A stretch of 37,487 nucleotides of DNA from an uncultured Acidobacteriaceae bacterium (lineage in GTDB: Bacteria > Acidobacteriota > Terriglobia > Terriglobales > Acidobacteriaceae), in assembly GCA_964245535.1 (NCBI GenBank), contig CAXTNA010000004.1:1-37487 (forward strand), read 5' to 3'. Both the position numbers and the translations under genes were made by a program. Each line of letters opens with the position of its first letter. Position 1 is the first letter of the stretch. The notes beneath the pieces are model-generated. The model ran no database searches and was not told the origin of the DNA. It saw only the letters and a list, made by a program, of their open reading frames with translations. Of the stretch, positions 8,965 to 17,199 are shown one piece after another.

Positions 8965-9593
8965 GGGTGAGCTCCGGTGTTGGTGGCCGCGGCAAAAGGT
9001 GGAAGGGGTGCTCCCGGCACAGAGGCGCCGGCGAACTGGGGTAAAGCTTGACCGGGAATACTGGCGTTCTCAATCTTCGGCAAAGGCTTACCCGGAACAG
9101 CGGCGCTGTCGAAGCTTGGCAAGGGTATTCCCGGCACGCTCTTGTCTTCAACCGCAAAGTACGGTTCACTCGATGCTTCGAAGGAGGTGAGGGGCTCCAA
9201 AGACGCATGCGCCACCGGAAGCTGCGGCATAACGGCTCGATACACTCTCGCTCTGGGGACCCTGGACGCGGACTTTTTCTGCAGCAGGGTCGGCAGGTGG
9301 AAAGGGACCGGCAATTCGCCTTCCCTTGACCTCGCAATGGCAAACTTGCTCGATGGGAGCGCTACCTTTGCACGTGGGGGAAGATACGTTTTGACCACAA
9401 CGCCTGCCATGGCGAGTGTAAGCGCCAGCGCGAAGCAGGATGGCCACACGGGGCGTCTTTCCACTCTGCGTTCCCGCTTTCCCTCTTCCAGTTGTCGCAG
9501 CAGGCGATCCTCCAGCCCTGGCGGCGGTTGCACCGCCAGTACGCTGCGCAACAAGCACTCCGCTTCATGCGGCCTTTGCTCGCTTTCCTTCAT
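8961..9593 (-). CDS. Putative membrane-anchored anti-sigma factor
   Basis: Overlaps the ECF sigma stop by 4 nt. N-terminal L..VQPPPGLEDRLL, one TM helix, and a Pro-rich repetitive C-terminus. Confidence 0.6.
   Translation of the reverse strand: MKESEQRPHEAECLLRSVLAVQPPPGLEDRLLRQLEEGKRERRVERRPVWPSCFALALTLAMAGVVVKTYLPPRAKVALPSSKFAIARSREGELPVPFHLPTLLQKKSASRVPRARVYRAVMPQLPVAHASLEPLTSFEASSEPYFAVEDKSVPGIPLPSFDSAAVPGKPLPKIENASIPGQALPQFAGASVPGAPLPPFAAATNTGAHP
8991..9146 (-). repeat. Four 39-bp (13-aa) tandem repeats in the putative anti-sigma factor
   Basis: DKSVPGIPLPSFD / SAAVPGKPLPKIE / NASIPGQALPQFA / GASVPGAPLPPFA; exactly 156 nt = 4 x 39. Confidence 0.8.
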
Positions 9594-10186
9594 CGCGACC
9601 TCCCCGTACTTTGCTTGGACGCACCCTGCTTTGCCGCTTGCTGCTTCTGTAACCGCTCTTCCAGGTGTGCCCGCGCGCGAAAGATCAGCGAGCGCACACT
9701 TGATTCCGACCTGCCCAGCGTCCCTGCGATTTCGCCCACGCTCAAGTCCTCTACCGCGCCCAGCAGCAACACCGCACGCTCCTTCCCCGGCAAGCTTTCA
9801 AGCACTGCCAACACACGGCGCAACTCTGCCGCGGCAATCAACTGGCGGTCAGCCGGCAGATCGGCGGAAGCGATCATCGCTTCCGCATTCTCGTCCCACT
9901 GCGCCGGCGTGATGCGGCGCTTGCGGTCGAGCGCCAGGTTCCAGGTCACGCGCAGGAGCCACGCCCGCACCTCGCGCAATTGGGCGAGCTTGCCCCCCTG
10001 TTCCAGTGCGCGCACAAAGGCCTCTTGCACCATGTCTTCCGATTCCGCCAGCCGCCGCACCACCGAGAAAGCCACGCGGTACAGCAGACCGGCGTGGAGC
10101 GCCACCAACGCCGTGACGTCGACTTCGTCACGCGCTTCTTGTGCAACCAACCAGCCCAACCGTCCATCTCCGAGTACCAGCGCCAT
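9590..10186 (-). CDS. ECF RNA polymerase sigma-70 factor
   Basis: Region 2 (LYRVAFSVVR...SEDMVQEAFVRA...RAWLLRVTWNLALD) and region 4 (LP.KERAVLLL..VEDLSVGEIA..LGRSESSVRSLIFRAR). The real start is likely ATG 10186, since the longer ORF overlaps the divergent gene. Confidence 0.92.
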   Translation of the reverse strand: MALVLGDGRLGWLVAQEARDEVDVTALVALHAGLLYRVAFSVVRRLAESEDMVQEAFVRALEQGGKLAQLREVRAWLLRVTWNLALDRKRRITPAQWDENAEAMIASADLPADRQLIAAAELRRVLAVLESLPGKERAVLLLGAVEDLSVGEIAGTLGRSESSVRSLIFRARAHLEERLQKQQAAKQGASKQSTGRSR

Positions 10187-10341
10187 GTGTGCCTGCTGTT
10201 GGAATGACGGCCGGCTCTCCGTTCCGCTCGGAAATTTGTGCATCCGCTCGCCAAACGACCGGAGTCGGCAGCCCCAGCGACTCTTCGTTCGCAGAACGCA
10301 CCTCCGTCCCGGACAGAAAGCAAACCCGTACAATCGGGGTG

Positions 10342-12222
10342 ATGGTGTTTGCCCCAAACAAGCTCTTCGCGCGTCGTCGGTCCGCCTCTTTACCCTGTCT
10401 AGGAATGGCGCTCGGCTTGCTAATGTCCGTGCTTGCGTCGAACACGGCCAAGGCTTCCCCAAGGAGCCTGGCGGACGAGCCCGCCCCGCAGGTGCAACGT
10501 GCCCCGGCAACGCAGACCCGCCCGACTTCCGCACAAAGTTCACCTGCGCAGGTTCCTGCCCTCACACCAGCGCAGCAGGGACACGCGCTCAAGGTGCAGG
10601 AGCTTATCAAGCGCGCCGAGGCAAGCTACGCCTCCGGTGTGAACAACTACAACGGGGAGCGGCTTGACGCTGCGCGCACCGATTTCGATACCGCTGTCGA
10701 TCTCATGCTTGCCTCGGGTATGGATCTGAAGAACGATCCGGAGCTTTCCGAAGAGTTCGAGCATCTGCTTGATCGCATCAACTCGCTTGAAAACCTCGCA
10801 CTCAAGCAGGGCAACGGCTTCAGCCCGAAGATCGAAGAAGCGCCGATCGAAAACGCAACCGATATCACCTTTGCACCGAACCCCGAACTCGTCGCCCGCC
10901 TCACCAGTGAGCTCAGCACCGCTTCCGATTTACCGCTGGTCATCAACGATCAGGTTGCCGGTTATATCGGAGTTTTCTCCACTTCCAACAGCTTTCGCGC
11001 GCACATGTCCGCCTCCATGCAGCGCCTTGGCCGCTATCGCACGCTCATTCAAAACGTCCTCAAGGAAGAAGGCGTTCCGCAGGATCTCATCTACCTCGCT
11101 GTCGCGGAGTCCGGCTTTCAGCCGCAGGTAGTCAACTATAGAAGCGGTGCCGGTGGCATGTGGCAGTTCATGACCTATACAGGACCTGAGTACGGCCTCA
11201 CGCGTAACGGCTACTTCGACTATCGCTTCGATCCGGAAAAGAGCTCGCGTGCCTATGCGCGCTACATGAAGAAACTCTACGCGCTCTTCAACGACTGGAA
11301 TCTTGCGATGGCTGCCTACGATTGGGGCCCCGGCAACATTCAACGCGTTGTCAGCCGCTCCGGCTACGCTGATTATTGGGAGCTTTATCGGCGCAACATG
11401 ATGCCTGCAGAAACACGTGCCTATGTGCCCAAAATCCTCGCAGCCGTCATCATGGCCAAAAACCCTGAAAAATACGGTCTGAATCGCCTTCCGCCCAGTC
11501 CGCCCGTGATCTACGACACCGTCACCGTCAGCAATGCGGTGAGCCTCAACCTCGTGGCCGATCTTACGGATTCGACCGTGTCGGAGCTTACCGTTCTGAA
11601 CCCCGCGCTGCTGCGCCTTTCCACACCGCGCGATATCGACTTCGATCTGCATCTGCCGCCGGGCACCAAAGACACCTTCAGCACACGGCTTAAGGACATC
11701 CCTCAAGAGGATCGCAGCAGTTGGCGCTTCCATGTGGTCAAGACCGGCGAAACCCTGGAAGGCATCGCGGGCTCCTTCCACGCCAGCGCTGACTCGGTTG
11801 CAGCGTACAACGACGTGACTGCGGCCAAGCCGATCGAAGCCGGCGATGAGCTCGTCATTCCCATCGTCGCAAGCGGTGCACGGCAAGGGCAACAGCGTTA
11901 CACCGTGCACCGCGGCGACACGCTGCTGACTGTCGCCGATCGTTTCGGGATCACCGTCGAGCAGTTGCACGAGTGGAACGCCGCGGCTGCCAACAGACTC
12001 ACGCCGGGCCGCTCTTTGTATGTTGCAGAACCGGTACGGTTGGCGCCTTCCGCACGGGGTCGTTCGTCGCGTGGCTACGCACGGGGCCGTAACAGTTCTG
12101 CGGGCCGCGTGTCCCGCGCGTCGGCATCACGTCACACCGCAAAGGCCGCTGGTCCTTCGGGGTCGTCGGCCAAATCATCTGCACATCACGGCGGCTCTTC
12201 TTCCCACAAACACCATCGTTGA
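10342..12222 (+). CDS. MltD-like lytic murein transglycosylase with SLT and LysM domains
   Basis: LAVAESGF...SGAGGMWQFM, LAMAAYDWG, ETRAYVPKI, plus two clear LysM repeats (HVVKTGETLEGIA; YTVHRGDTLLTVADRFGI). TACAAT lies 7 nt before ATG 10342. Confidence 0.92.
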   Translation: MVFAPNKLFARRRSASLPCLGMALGLLMSVLASNTAKASPRSLADEPAPQVQRAPATQTRPTSAQSSPAQVPALTPAQQGHALKVQELIKRAEASYASGVNNYNGERLDAARTDFDTAVDLMLASGMDLKNDPELSEEFEHLLDRINSLENLALKQGNGFSPKIEEAPIENATDITFAPNPELVARLTSELSTASDLPLVINDQVAGYIGVFSTSNSFRAHMSASMQRLGRYRTLIQNVLKEEGVPQDLIYLAVAESGFQPQVVNYRSGAGGMWQFMTYTGPEYGLTRNGYFDYRFDPEKSSRAYARYMKKLYALFNDWNLAMAAYDWGPGNIQRVVSRSGYADYWELYRRNMMPAETRAYVPKILAAVIMAKNPEKYGLNRLPPSPPVIYDTVTVSNAVSLNLVADLTDSTVSELTVLNPALLRLSTPRDIDFDLHLPPGTKDTFSTRLKDIPQEDRSSWRFHVVKTGETLEGIAGSFHASADSVAAYNDVTAAKPIEAGDELVIPIVASGARQGQQRYTVHRGDTLLTVADRFGITVEQLHEWNAAAANRLTPGRSLYVAEPVRLAPSARGRSSRGYARGRNSSAGRVSRASASRHTAKAAGPSGSSAKSSAHHGGSSSHKHHR

Positions 12223-12378
12223 AGATTCGCACAGCGCCGCGCAAGAGAGGCTGAAGCGGTGAGTTGTTCACTCGCAACCTCTGTCCTTGCCGCTTCATCT
12301 TCTGCTTCGAAACGAGTTGGTTGTTCCCCCCGCGCATACCGCTTTCTGCATAAAAACAAGTTGCACCAAAAAGAGTGC

Positions 12379-12407
12379 TTGCTATTTATTCACCCGCAGC
12401 GTACATC
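12379..12407 (+). promoter_or_regulatory. Putative sigma-70 promoter of the acidic/basic protein gene
   Basis: TTGCTA-17 nt-TACATC, preceded by an A-rich tract (ATAAAAACAAG...CCAAAAAG). Confidence 0.45.
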
Positions 12408-12527
12408 TGTTCCTAATTCTTCGCGTGCGCAGGGACACTTGCGCTCGCAACAGAGGCAGGCAACACACAGTGCCGCAGCACAACGCAACCGCGGGCAAAC
12501 ACATATGGGTCACTGGAGACAACAACG

Positions 12528-13613
12528 ATGTTCGACGATGAAGCGCTGAAGCTGCACGCACTGGCCGCGGATGGAGCGGAAGACGATGACGACGAGGACG
12601 AGGAAGAACTCGATCTAGATGCTGAAGACGAAGAAGACGACGAGGAGGAGCAAGAGTTCAGCGCGGATGAAGAACCCTCGCCCGCCGTTGAAGCACGTGA
12701 TGAGATGACGCCTTCAAGGGCAAGCACACATCCGGAAGATGCCGAAATGTATGCCATGCCTTCCAATCCCGTTGGCATGTACGATCCCCCCGATCAGCTC
12801 TCGGAACTGCCCGAAAGGGATGAAGCTTTGCCGGATGCGGGAGCCGCTTTGAAAAGCGCTTCTGATGTGGATGGGGACAGCGAGGATCAAGATGACGAGG
12901 ACCGTGGTGCGGACGAGAGGGACAACGATTTCGACGATGATGAGATCTTCGTAAAGACCTCTTCAAAAAAGGCTGCTGCGAAAAAGGCGCCGGGAAAAAA
13001 GGCACCCGGAAAAAAGGCACCGGGAAAAAAGACTGTGGGCGAAAAGACACCTGGGAAAAAAGCACCGGCAAAAAAGGAGCCCGCAAAAAAGACTCCAGGA
13101 AAAAAGACTCCAGGAAAAAAAGCTCCAGCAACGAAAGTTCCGGCAAAGAAATCACCAGGGAAGATTGCGGGGAGAGGAACGGCAGCGAAGGCTACCAAGA
13201 GTGTAGGCAAAGGTTCGCGCGCCACTTCCGCAAAGGCATTAGCTACCGTGCGCGGCAAAGGCGTTGCCTCCAGCAAAGCAGCAGGCAAAAAAGGCACCGG
13301 CAGTAAAAATTCAATTACGCGAGGTAAAACTTTGGCAACGAAGAAGGTAGCCACCACCAAGACTGCGGCGAAGAAAACTGCTGCGAAAACGACATCCGCA
13401 AAGACACCGGCAAAAAAATCGACGGCTACCAAGACTGCTGTCAAGAAAACCGTAGCCAAAAAAGCAGCAGCGCCCAAAACGGCCGCCACCAAAACCACCT
13501 CCAAGGCTGCAAGCAAAACCACAACCAAAGCCGCCTCGAAGAAAGCGGTTGCCAAAAAAACCGCAACAAGCAAGACACCGGCGAAGACCACTGCAAAGAA
13601 AGCTGCCAAGTAA
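12528..13613 (+). CDS. Low-complexity protein: D/E-rich N-terminal block plus Lys/Ala/Thr-rich histone H1-like C-terminal block
   Basis: SD GGAG upstream. About 140 aa acidic, then about 220 aa of KKAPG/KKTAAK-type repeats. A strong terminator follows. Confidence 0.8.
   Translation: MFDDEALKLHALAADGAEDDDDEDEEELDLDAEDEEDDEEEQEFSADEEPSPAVEARDEMTPSRASTHPEDAEMYAMPSNPVGMYDPPDQLSELPERDEALPDAGAALKSASDVDGDSEDQDDEDRGADERDNDFDDDEIFVKTSSKKAAAKKAPGKKAPGKKAPGKKTVGEKTPGKKAPAKKEPAKKTPGKKTPGKKAPATKVPAKKSPGKIAGRGTAAKATKSVGKGSRATSAKALATVRGKGVASSKAAGKKGTGSKNSITRGKTLATKKVATTKTAAKKTAAKTTSAKTPAKKSTATKTAVKKTVAKKAAAPKTAATKTTSKAASKTTTKAASKKAVAKKTATSKTPAKTTAKKAAK
12981..13160 (+). repeat. Twelve 15-bp coding repeats (KK-x-P-G/A pentapeptides)
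   Basis: KKAPG KKAPG KKAPG KKTVG EKTPG KKAPA KKEPA KKTPG KKTPG KKAPA TKVPA KKSPG, with synonymous codon variation between units. Confidence 0.9.
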
Positions 13614-13626
13614 TCCGTAACAACAC

Positions 13627-13659
13627 ACGAAAGCCCCACCATAGCGGTGGGGCTTTCGT
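13627..13659. terminator. Bidirectional intrinsic terminator
   Basis: Perfect 14-bp inverted repeat ACGAAAGCCCCACC-ATAGC-GGTGGGGCTTTCGT between convergent genes. Confidence 0.9.
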
Positions 13660-13679
13660 ATGTCTCGCATCGGCTTCGC

Positions 13680-14222
13680 TCATTTCATGGATTGGATGGC
13701 AGCCAATACTTCGGTACTATGATTTGCGATGTCCTTCACCTGCCACACCTTCATGATCTTGCCTTCTGGAGAGATGAGGAAGGTGTCCCGCGTGGCATAG
13801 TTCGCACCCGCGTGGCTCATCAGCGGCACCCCATATTCATCCACGACCTTGTGGTCGGGGTCGGCAAGCATCTTGAAGGTGAAAGAGTCCTTGGTGCACC
13901 ACGCTTTGTGGCTGTCGACCGTATCAAGCGACACGCCCAGCACCACAGCATGCGCAGCCTCGTACTTCGGCAGGTCGCGCTGGAAGTTATGCGCCTCCAT
14001 CGAGCAGCCCGACGTCTGATCCTTCGGGTAAAAATACAGCACAACCCATTTGCCTTTGTAAGTGCTCAGGTTCACCGGCGACCCATCCTGCGAGGGCAAG
14101 GTGAAGTTCGGTGCGATTGTGCCCACGGGCGGCATGTCTGCCGCGAAAGCCTGCATGGGCAGGGCAAGCGACAAAGCCGCGAGGCCGGCGGAAGTAAGGG
14201 AAAGCGCGCGTCGAACGGACAT
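13680..14222 (-). CDS. bcp: Peroxiredoxin (BCP/PrxQ family) with signal peptide
   Basis: APNFTLPSQDG, VVLYFYPKDQTSGCSMEA, VLGVSLD, RDTFLISPEG. SD GAAGGAG before ATG 14222; Sec-type signal peptide. Confidence 0.88.
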   Translation of the reverse strand: MSVRRALSLTSAGLAALSLALPMQAFAADMPPVGTIAPNFTLPSQDGSPVNLSTYKGKWVVLYFYPKDQTSGCSMEAHNFQRDLPKYEAAHAVVLGVSLDTVDSHKAWCTKDSFTFKMLADPDHKVVDEYGVPLMSHAGANYATRDTFLISPEGKIMKVWQVKDIANHSTEVLAAIQSMK

Positions 14223-14335
14223 CGGGAAGTCTCCTTCAAGCACGCACGCTATACCTTTGCGTGCGCTGTATCTGTCCTCCATCCTACGCTGTACTCAGGT
14301 GAGCGACGATGGCTAATCCTACCGTCATGCCACTA

Positions 14336-15223
14336 TCAGTCGTTGCTGGAGACTTCAGCACATTCAGCGACGACAGAAATTCCTGCCGCTTCGGCTGCGC
14401 GCACCATGCCGTTCCGGTCGAACAGGAGCGTGCGGCCCGCCTCCACACATAGGCAAGTCGCTCCCGCGGCTTGCATGGCAACGATCGTCGGCACACCGAC
14501 GACCGGCACGTCGAAACGCAAATCCTGCTTGGGCTTGGCGACCTTCACCACGGTGAGCCGCCGTGCCAGCGTGGTCGCCGGCTCATCCGCTCCGGCATCC
14601 AAGGAGCGCAGCAAAACCCCGGCGCGCGCAATCGTTGCATCCGTGCCTTCCATTGCTTCCACAGCGACACAGGCCCCCGCAGCAATCACCACGGTTTGCC
14701 CCAGATCAAAACCTGCGATGCCGCGCGCCACCAGCAACCCATACGCGATATCTTCCCGCTCGGCTGCATCCGGCGCCCGTACGGTGAGCACGCCCGCCGG
14801 CGCAAGCATGGGCTCCAGAAACGCCGTTGAGGAAAGCAATGTGATGCCCTCATCTTCGAGCACTTTGGCCACCGCACCAAGCAGCATGTCCGTATTGCGC
14901 GTGCGCAGGTTGAGCAGCAGTTTGGCAAGCCGCCAATCGGGCCGGATGCTCGAAAAGATCTGCTTGTGCCGCACCTGCCCGGCCATCACGGCCTCAGACA
15001 CACCTTCGCGATGGAAGGTCTCAATCAGCCGCGAAAGCTCGCCGAGCGAAAGCCAGTACACGCGCACGCCGTCCGGATCACGTCGCGCACGTTCGTTCAT
15101 TTCCAGGTCCGTTTCTTCTTCGATCGCGGCAACAACCACCCGCAGATCCTGCGCCCGTGCGGCCTCAAGCACGAGGAAGGGAAATCGGCCATTGCCGGCG
15201 ATAAGACCGAGGGTGTTAAGCAA
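14336..15223 (-). CDS. lpxI: UDP-2,3-diacylglucosamine diphosphatase LpxI
   Basis: LGLIAGNGRFP, AVMAGQV, FDLGQTVVI...VAVEAMEGTDATI, VKVAKPKQDLRFDVPVVG; downstream of lpxA. Confidence 0.92.
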   Translation of the reverse strand: MLNTLGLIAGNGRFPFLVLEAARAQDLRVVVAAIEEETDLEMNERARRDPDGVRVYWLSLGELSRLIETFHREGVSEAVMAGQVRHKQIFSSIRPDWRLAKLLLNLRTRNTDMLLGAVAKVLEDEGITLLSSTAFLEPMLAPAGVLTVRAPDAAEREDIAYGLLVARGIAGFDLGQTVVIAAGACVAVEAMEGTDATIARAGVLLRSLDAGADEPATTLARRLTVVKVAKPKQDLRFDVPVVGVPTIVAMQAAGATCLCVEAGRTLLFDRNGMVRAAEAAGISVVAECAEVSSND

Positions 15224-15494
15224 CTTCGGAAAGGTCTGCAGGTGATGTTTTTGTGGCCAGCCGAATCAGGCCGTTCACCGTGATGTCCTCATCCACATCC
15301 GGCCAATGAATACCGTAGCCACGGCCGTTCACTTGCCACCGCTCGCGCAGTGCCGGAGCCGCTTCAGCTAATCGCGGAAAAAGGTTCACGGGAGTTGCAA
15401 TCTCAAGCCCTCCGCTGAACCGCACGTTGATCACGTGCTCGTCAACTCTTACCTCTATAGGAATCAGATCGTTAACGACCTTCGAAGAATGCAT
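15216..15494 (-). CDS. DUF2442-family protein (putative antitoxin)
   Basis: V.F..G.EI.TP...FPRL..A....RERWQV.G.GYGIHWPDVDEDI.V.GL pattern. Confidence 0.85.
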   Translation of the reverse strand: MHSSKVVNDLIPIEVRVDEHVINVRFSGGLEIATPVNLFPRLAEAAPALRERWQVNGRGYGIHWPDVDEDITVNGLIRLATKTSPADLSEVA

Positions 15495-15711
15495 GCCACG
15501 TCTCCAGCAGCAAGTCTAGGTGAAGAACGACTAAGCGTTCAATCTCTTTCAACTCACCCGAACGGAACTCCTCGTTCCAAACAAGCGCAATCGGCTCCAA
15601 CCAAAACTTCGCTTCGTTTTCGGCCGCAATGATGTGAATATGGGGAGGTTCTTGTCTCTCATCTGCGTAAAAGAAAAATCGGTACGGTCCAACCCGAAGT
15701 GCAGTCGGCAT
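15472..15711 (-). CDS. DUF4160-family protein (putative toxin)
   Basis: MPT.LRVGPYRFFFYADERQEPPHIHI...EAKFWLEP...LLETWHAFF pattern. Confidence 0.88.
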   Translation of the reverse strand: MPTALRVGPYRFFFYADERQEPPHIHIIAAENEAKFWLEPIALVWNEEFRSGELKEIERLVVLHLDLLLETWHAFFEGR

Positions 15712-16544
15712 TACTTAATCACGCCCCGCTCGCTTTTCGCAAGAAACTCCGCCAAATACGCCACTCGATCCCCGAACTCACCGCTCGCCACCTTGGCCCG
15801 GATCGCTTCCAGCGCCTGCGTTGTGTTCAGGTGCGACACCTGTAGCAGACGGTACGCCGCGCGCAACTGCTGTAACTCCGCGGGTGTAAATCCCCTGCGC
15901 TCCAACCCCACCTTGTTCAATCCAAAAGCGCGATTCTCCCGCCGCACACTGGTCAATGAATACGGCAGCACGTCCTGCGTGATCGTTGTGCCGCCGCCGA
16001 TATAGGCATAACGTCCAATGGTGCAATGCTGGTGTACTGGATTGAGCGCGCCGACCACGGCATAGTCCTCCACCGTGACATGCCCTGCCAACGTCGCGCC
16101 GTTCGCAAGAATCACGCCGTCGCCGATCTGCGAGTCATGGCCGATGTGTGTGTACGCCATCAGCAGGCAATCGCGGCCGATGCGCGTCACGCCGCCACCC
16201 CCCACCGTTCCTCGCGATACCGTCACCGCCTCGCGAATCACGGTGCCCGCGCCGATCTCGCAGCCGGTCGGCTCGCCCCCATACTTCAGGTCTTGCGGGC
16301 TGATGCCCAACGCCGCGAACGGATGCACCACGACCCCTGCGCCCAGCCGCAGATGCCCGTCCAGCACCACATGGGAAATCAGCGAACATCTTTCTTCCAG
16401 CACCACATGGGGCCCTACCGTGCAAAATGGGCCGATGCGGCAACTGGCCGGTACCACTGCGCCTTCCGCAATCATTGCCAAGGGATGAATCTGACGATCT
16501 GGTCTATCTGATGGACCGACGGCTGCACTTGGTGTGTTCTCCAT
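15711..16544 (-). CDS. lpxA: Acyl-ACP--UDP-N-acetylglucosamine O-acyltransferase
   Basis: Hexapeptide repeats, PQDLKYGGE, IREAVTVSRGT, AYTHIGHD, LAGHV, VHQHC, GLNKVGLERRGF. Start is ATG 16544 or TTG 16556. Confidence 0.96.
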   Translation of the reverse strand: MENTPSAAVGPSDRPDRQIHPLAMIAEGAVVPASCRIGPFCTVGPHVVLEERCSLISHVVLDGHLRLGAGVVVHPFAALGISPQDLKYGGEPTGCEIGAGTVIREAVTVSRGTVGGGGVTRIGRDCLLMAYTHIGHDSQIGDGVILANGATLAGHVTVEDYAVVGALNPVHQHCTIGRYAYIGGGTTITQDVLPYSLTSVRRENRAFGLNKVGLERRGFTPAELQQLRAAYRLLQVSHLNTTQALEAIRAKVASGEFGDRVAYLAEFLAKSERGVIK

Positions 16545-16562
16545 GCTTTTCCGCAAGCCTCG

Positions 16563-17120
16563 TCACTGCCCTGCCGCTGTGCTCGGTGAAGCAGCATTGC
16601 CCTGCCCCGCTTTGCGCGGCCGCGGTACCAGCATGCAGGTAATCACCGCCTCAGCAGCGATCTCACCTTCGACCGTGCACACCCCTTGCATCTTCACGAC
16701 CCGCGAGCGCCAGTTCAACACTTGAACTTCGATGCGCAGCTGATCGCCCGGCACAATCTGCCGCCGAAAACTTGCCTTATCGATCCCGGTGAAGACCATC
16801 AGCTTGTTTTCACGATCGGGCACCTCGGTCAGCAGCAACGCACCGCCTGCTTGCGCCATCGCTTCAATCGTCATCACGCCCGGCATGATCGGGTAATCAG
16901 GAAAATGACCGGTAAACTGGGGTTCGTTCGCCGTGACATTCTTGATGGCGACAATCCGCTTTTTCGGCTCCATCTCCAACACACGGTCAATCAGCAGAAA
17001 CGGATAGCGGTGCGGCAGAATCGCCATGATCTCTGTAATATTCAGCGTCTGTTTTGTCATCGCGGCGGTTTCGGCGACGGGGGGCGTCTCGATTGTGGCG
17101 CCGCTTGCAGTGTCATTCAT
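16563..17120 (-). CDS. fabZ: 3-hydroxyacyl-ACP dehydratase FabZ
   Basis: LPHRYPFLLIDRV, KNVTANEPQFTGHFP..PIMPGV..IEAMAQ, FRRQIVPGDQL. Confidence 0.97.
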   Translation of the reverse strand: MNDTASGATIETPPVAETAAMTKQTLNITEIMAILPHRYPFLLIDRVLEMEPKKRIVAIKNVTANEPQFTGHFPDYPIMPGVMTIEAMAQAGGALLLTEVPDRENKLMVFTGIDKASFRRQIVPGDQLRIEVQVLNWRSRVVKMQGVCTVEGEIAAEAVITCMLVPRPRKAGQGNAASPSTAAGQ

Positions 17121-17199
17121 AGCGTCGCCTAGAATACCACCGCAGTCCGGTGGTCGCCGGCGTACTCTTCACGCATCGGCCCTTACGTCAGGTGGCTCC

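Noticed and set aside
10190-10240. Autoregulatory ECF promoter (GGAAC...CGTC) upstream of the sigma gene
   Set aside because: Only 11 nt separate GGAAC and CGTC, too short for a -35/-10 pair.
10141-10543. Apparent 400-bp head-to-head overlap of the ECF sigma and transglycosylase ORFs
   Set aside because: An artefact of longest-ORF start choice; starts at 10186 and 10342 leave a normal divergent promoter region.
12240-12300. Alternative hairpins downstream of the transglycosylase gene as a riboswitch
   Set aside because: Stems are short or imperfect, no known aptamer consensus is recognisable, and the region lies upstream of the likely promoter.
12981-13160. Regular short repeats considered as a CRISPR array
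   Set aside because: No spacers; they are 15-bp in-frame coding repeats with synonymous variation, and there are no cas genes.
12887-13642. 251-aa Phe/Val/Ala-rich minus-strand ORF that looks like a membrane protein
   Set aside because: It is simply the reverse complement of the lysine repeats (AAA/AAG become TTT/CTT).
13647-15245. 532-aa plus-strand ORF
   Set aside because: Lies antisense to bcp and lpxI and has no recognisable motif; a typical shadow ORF of GC-rich DNA.
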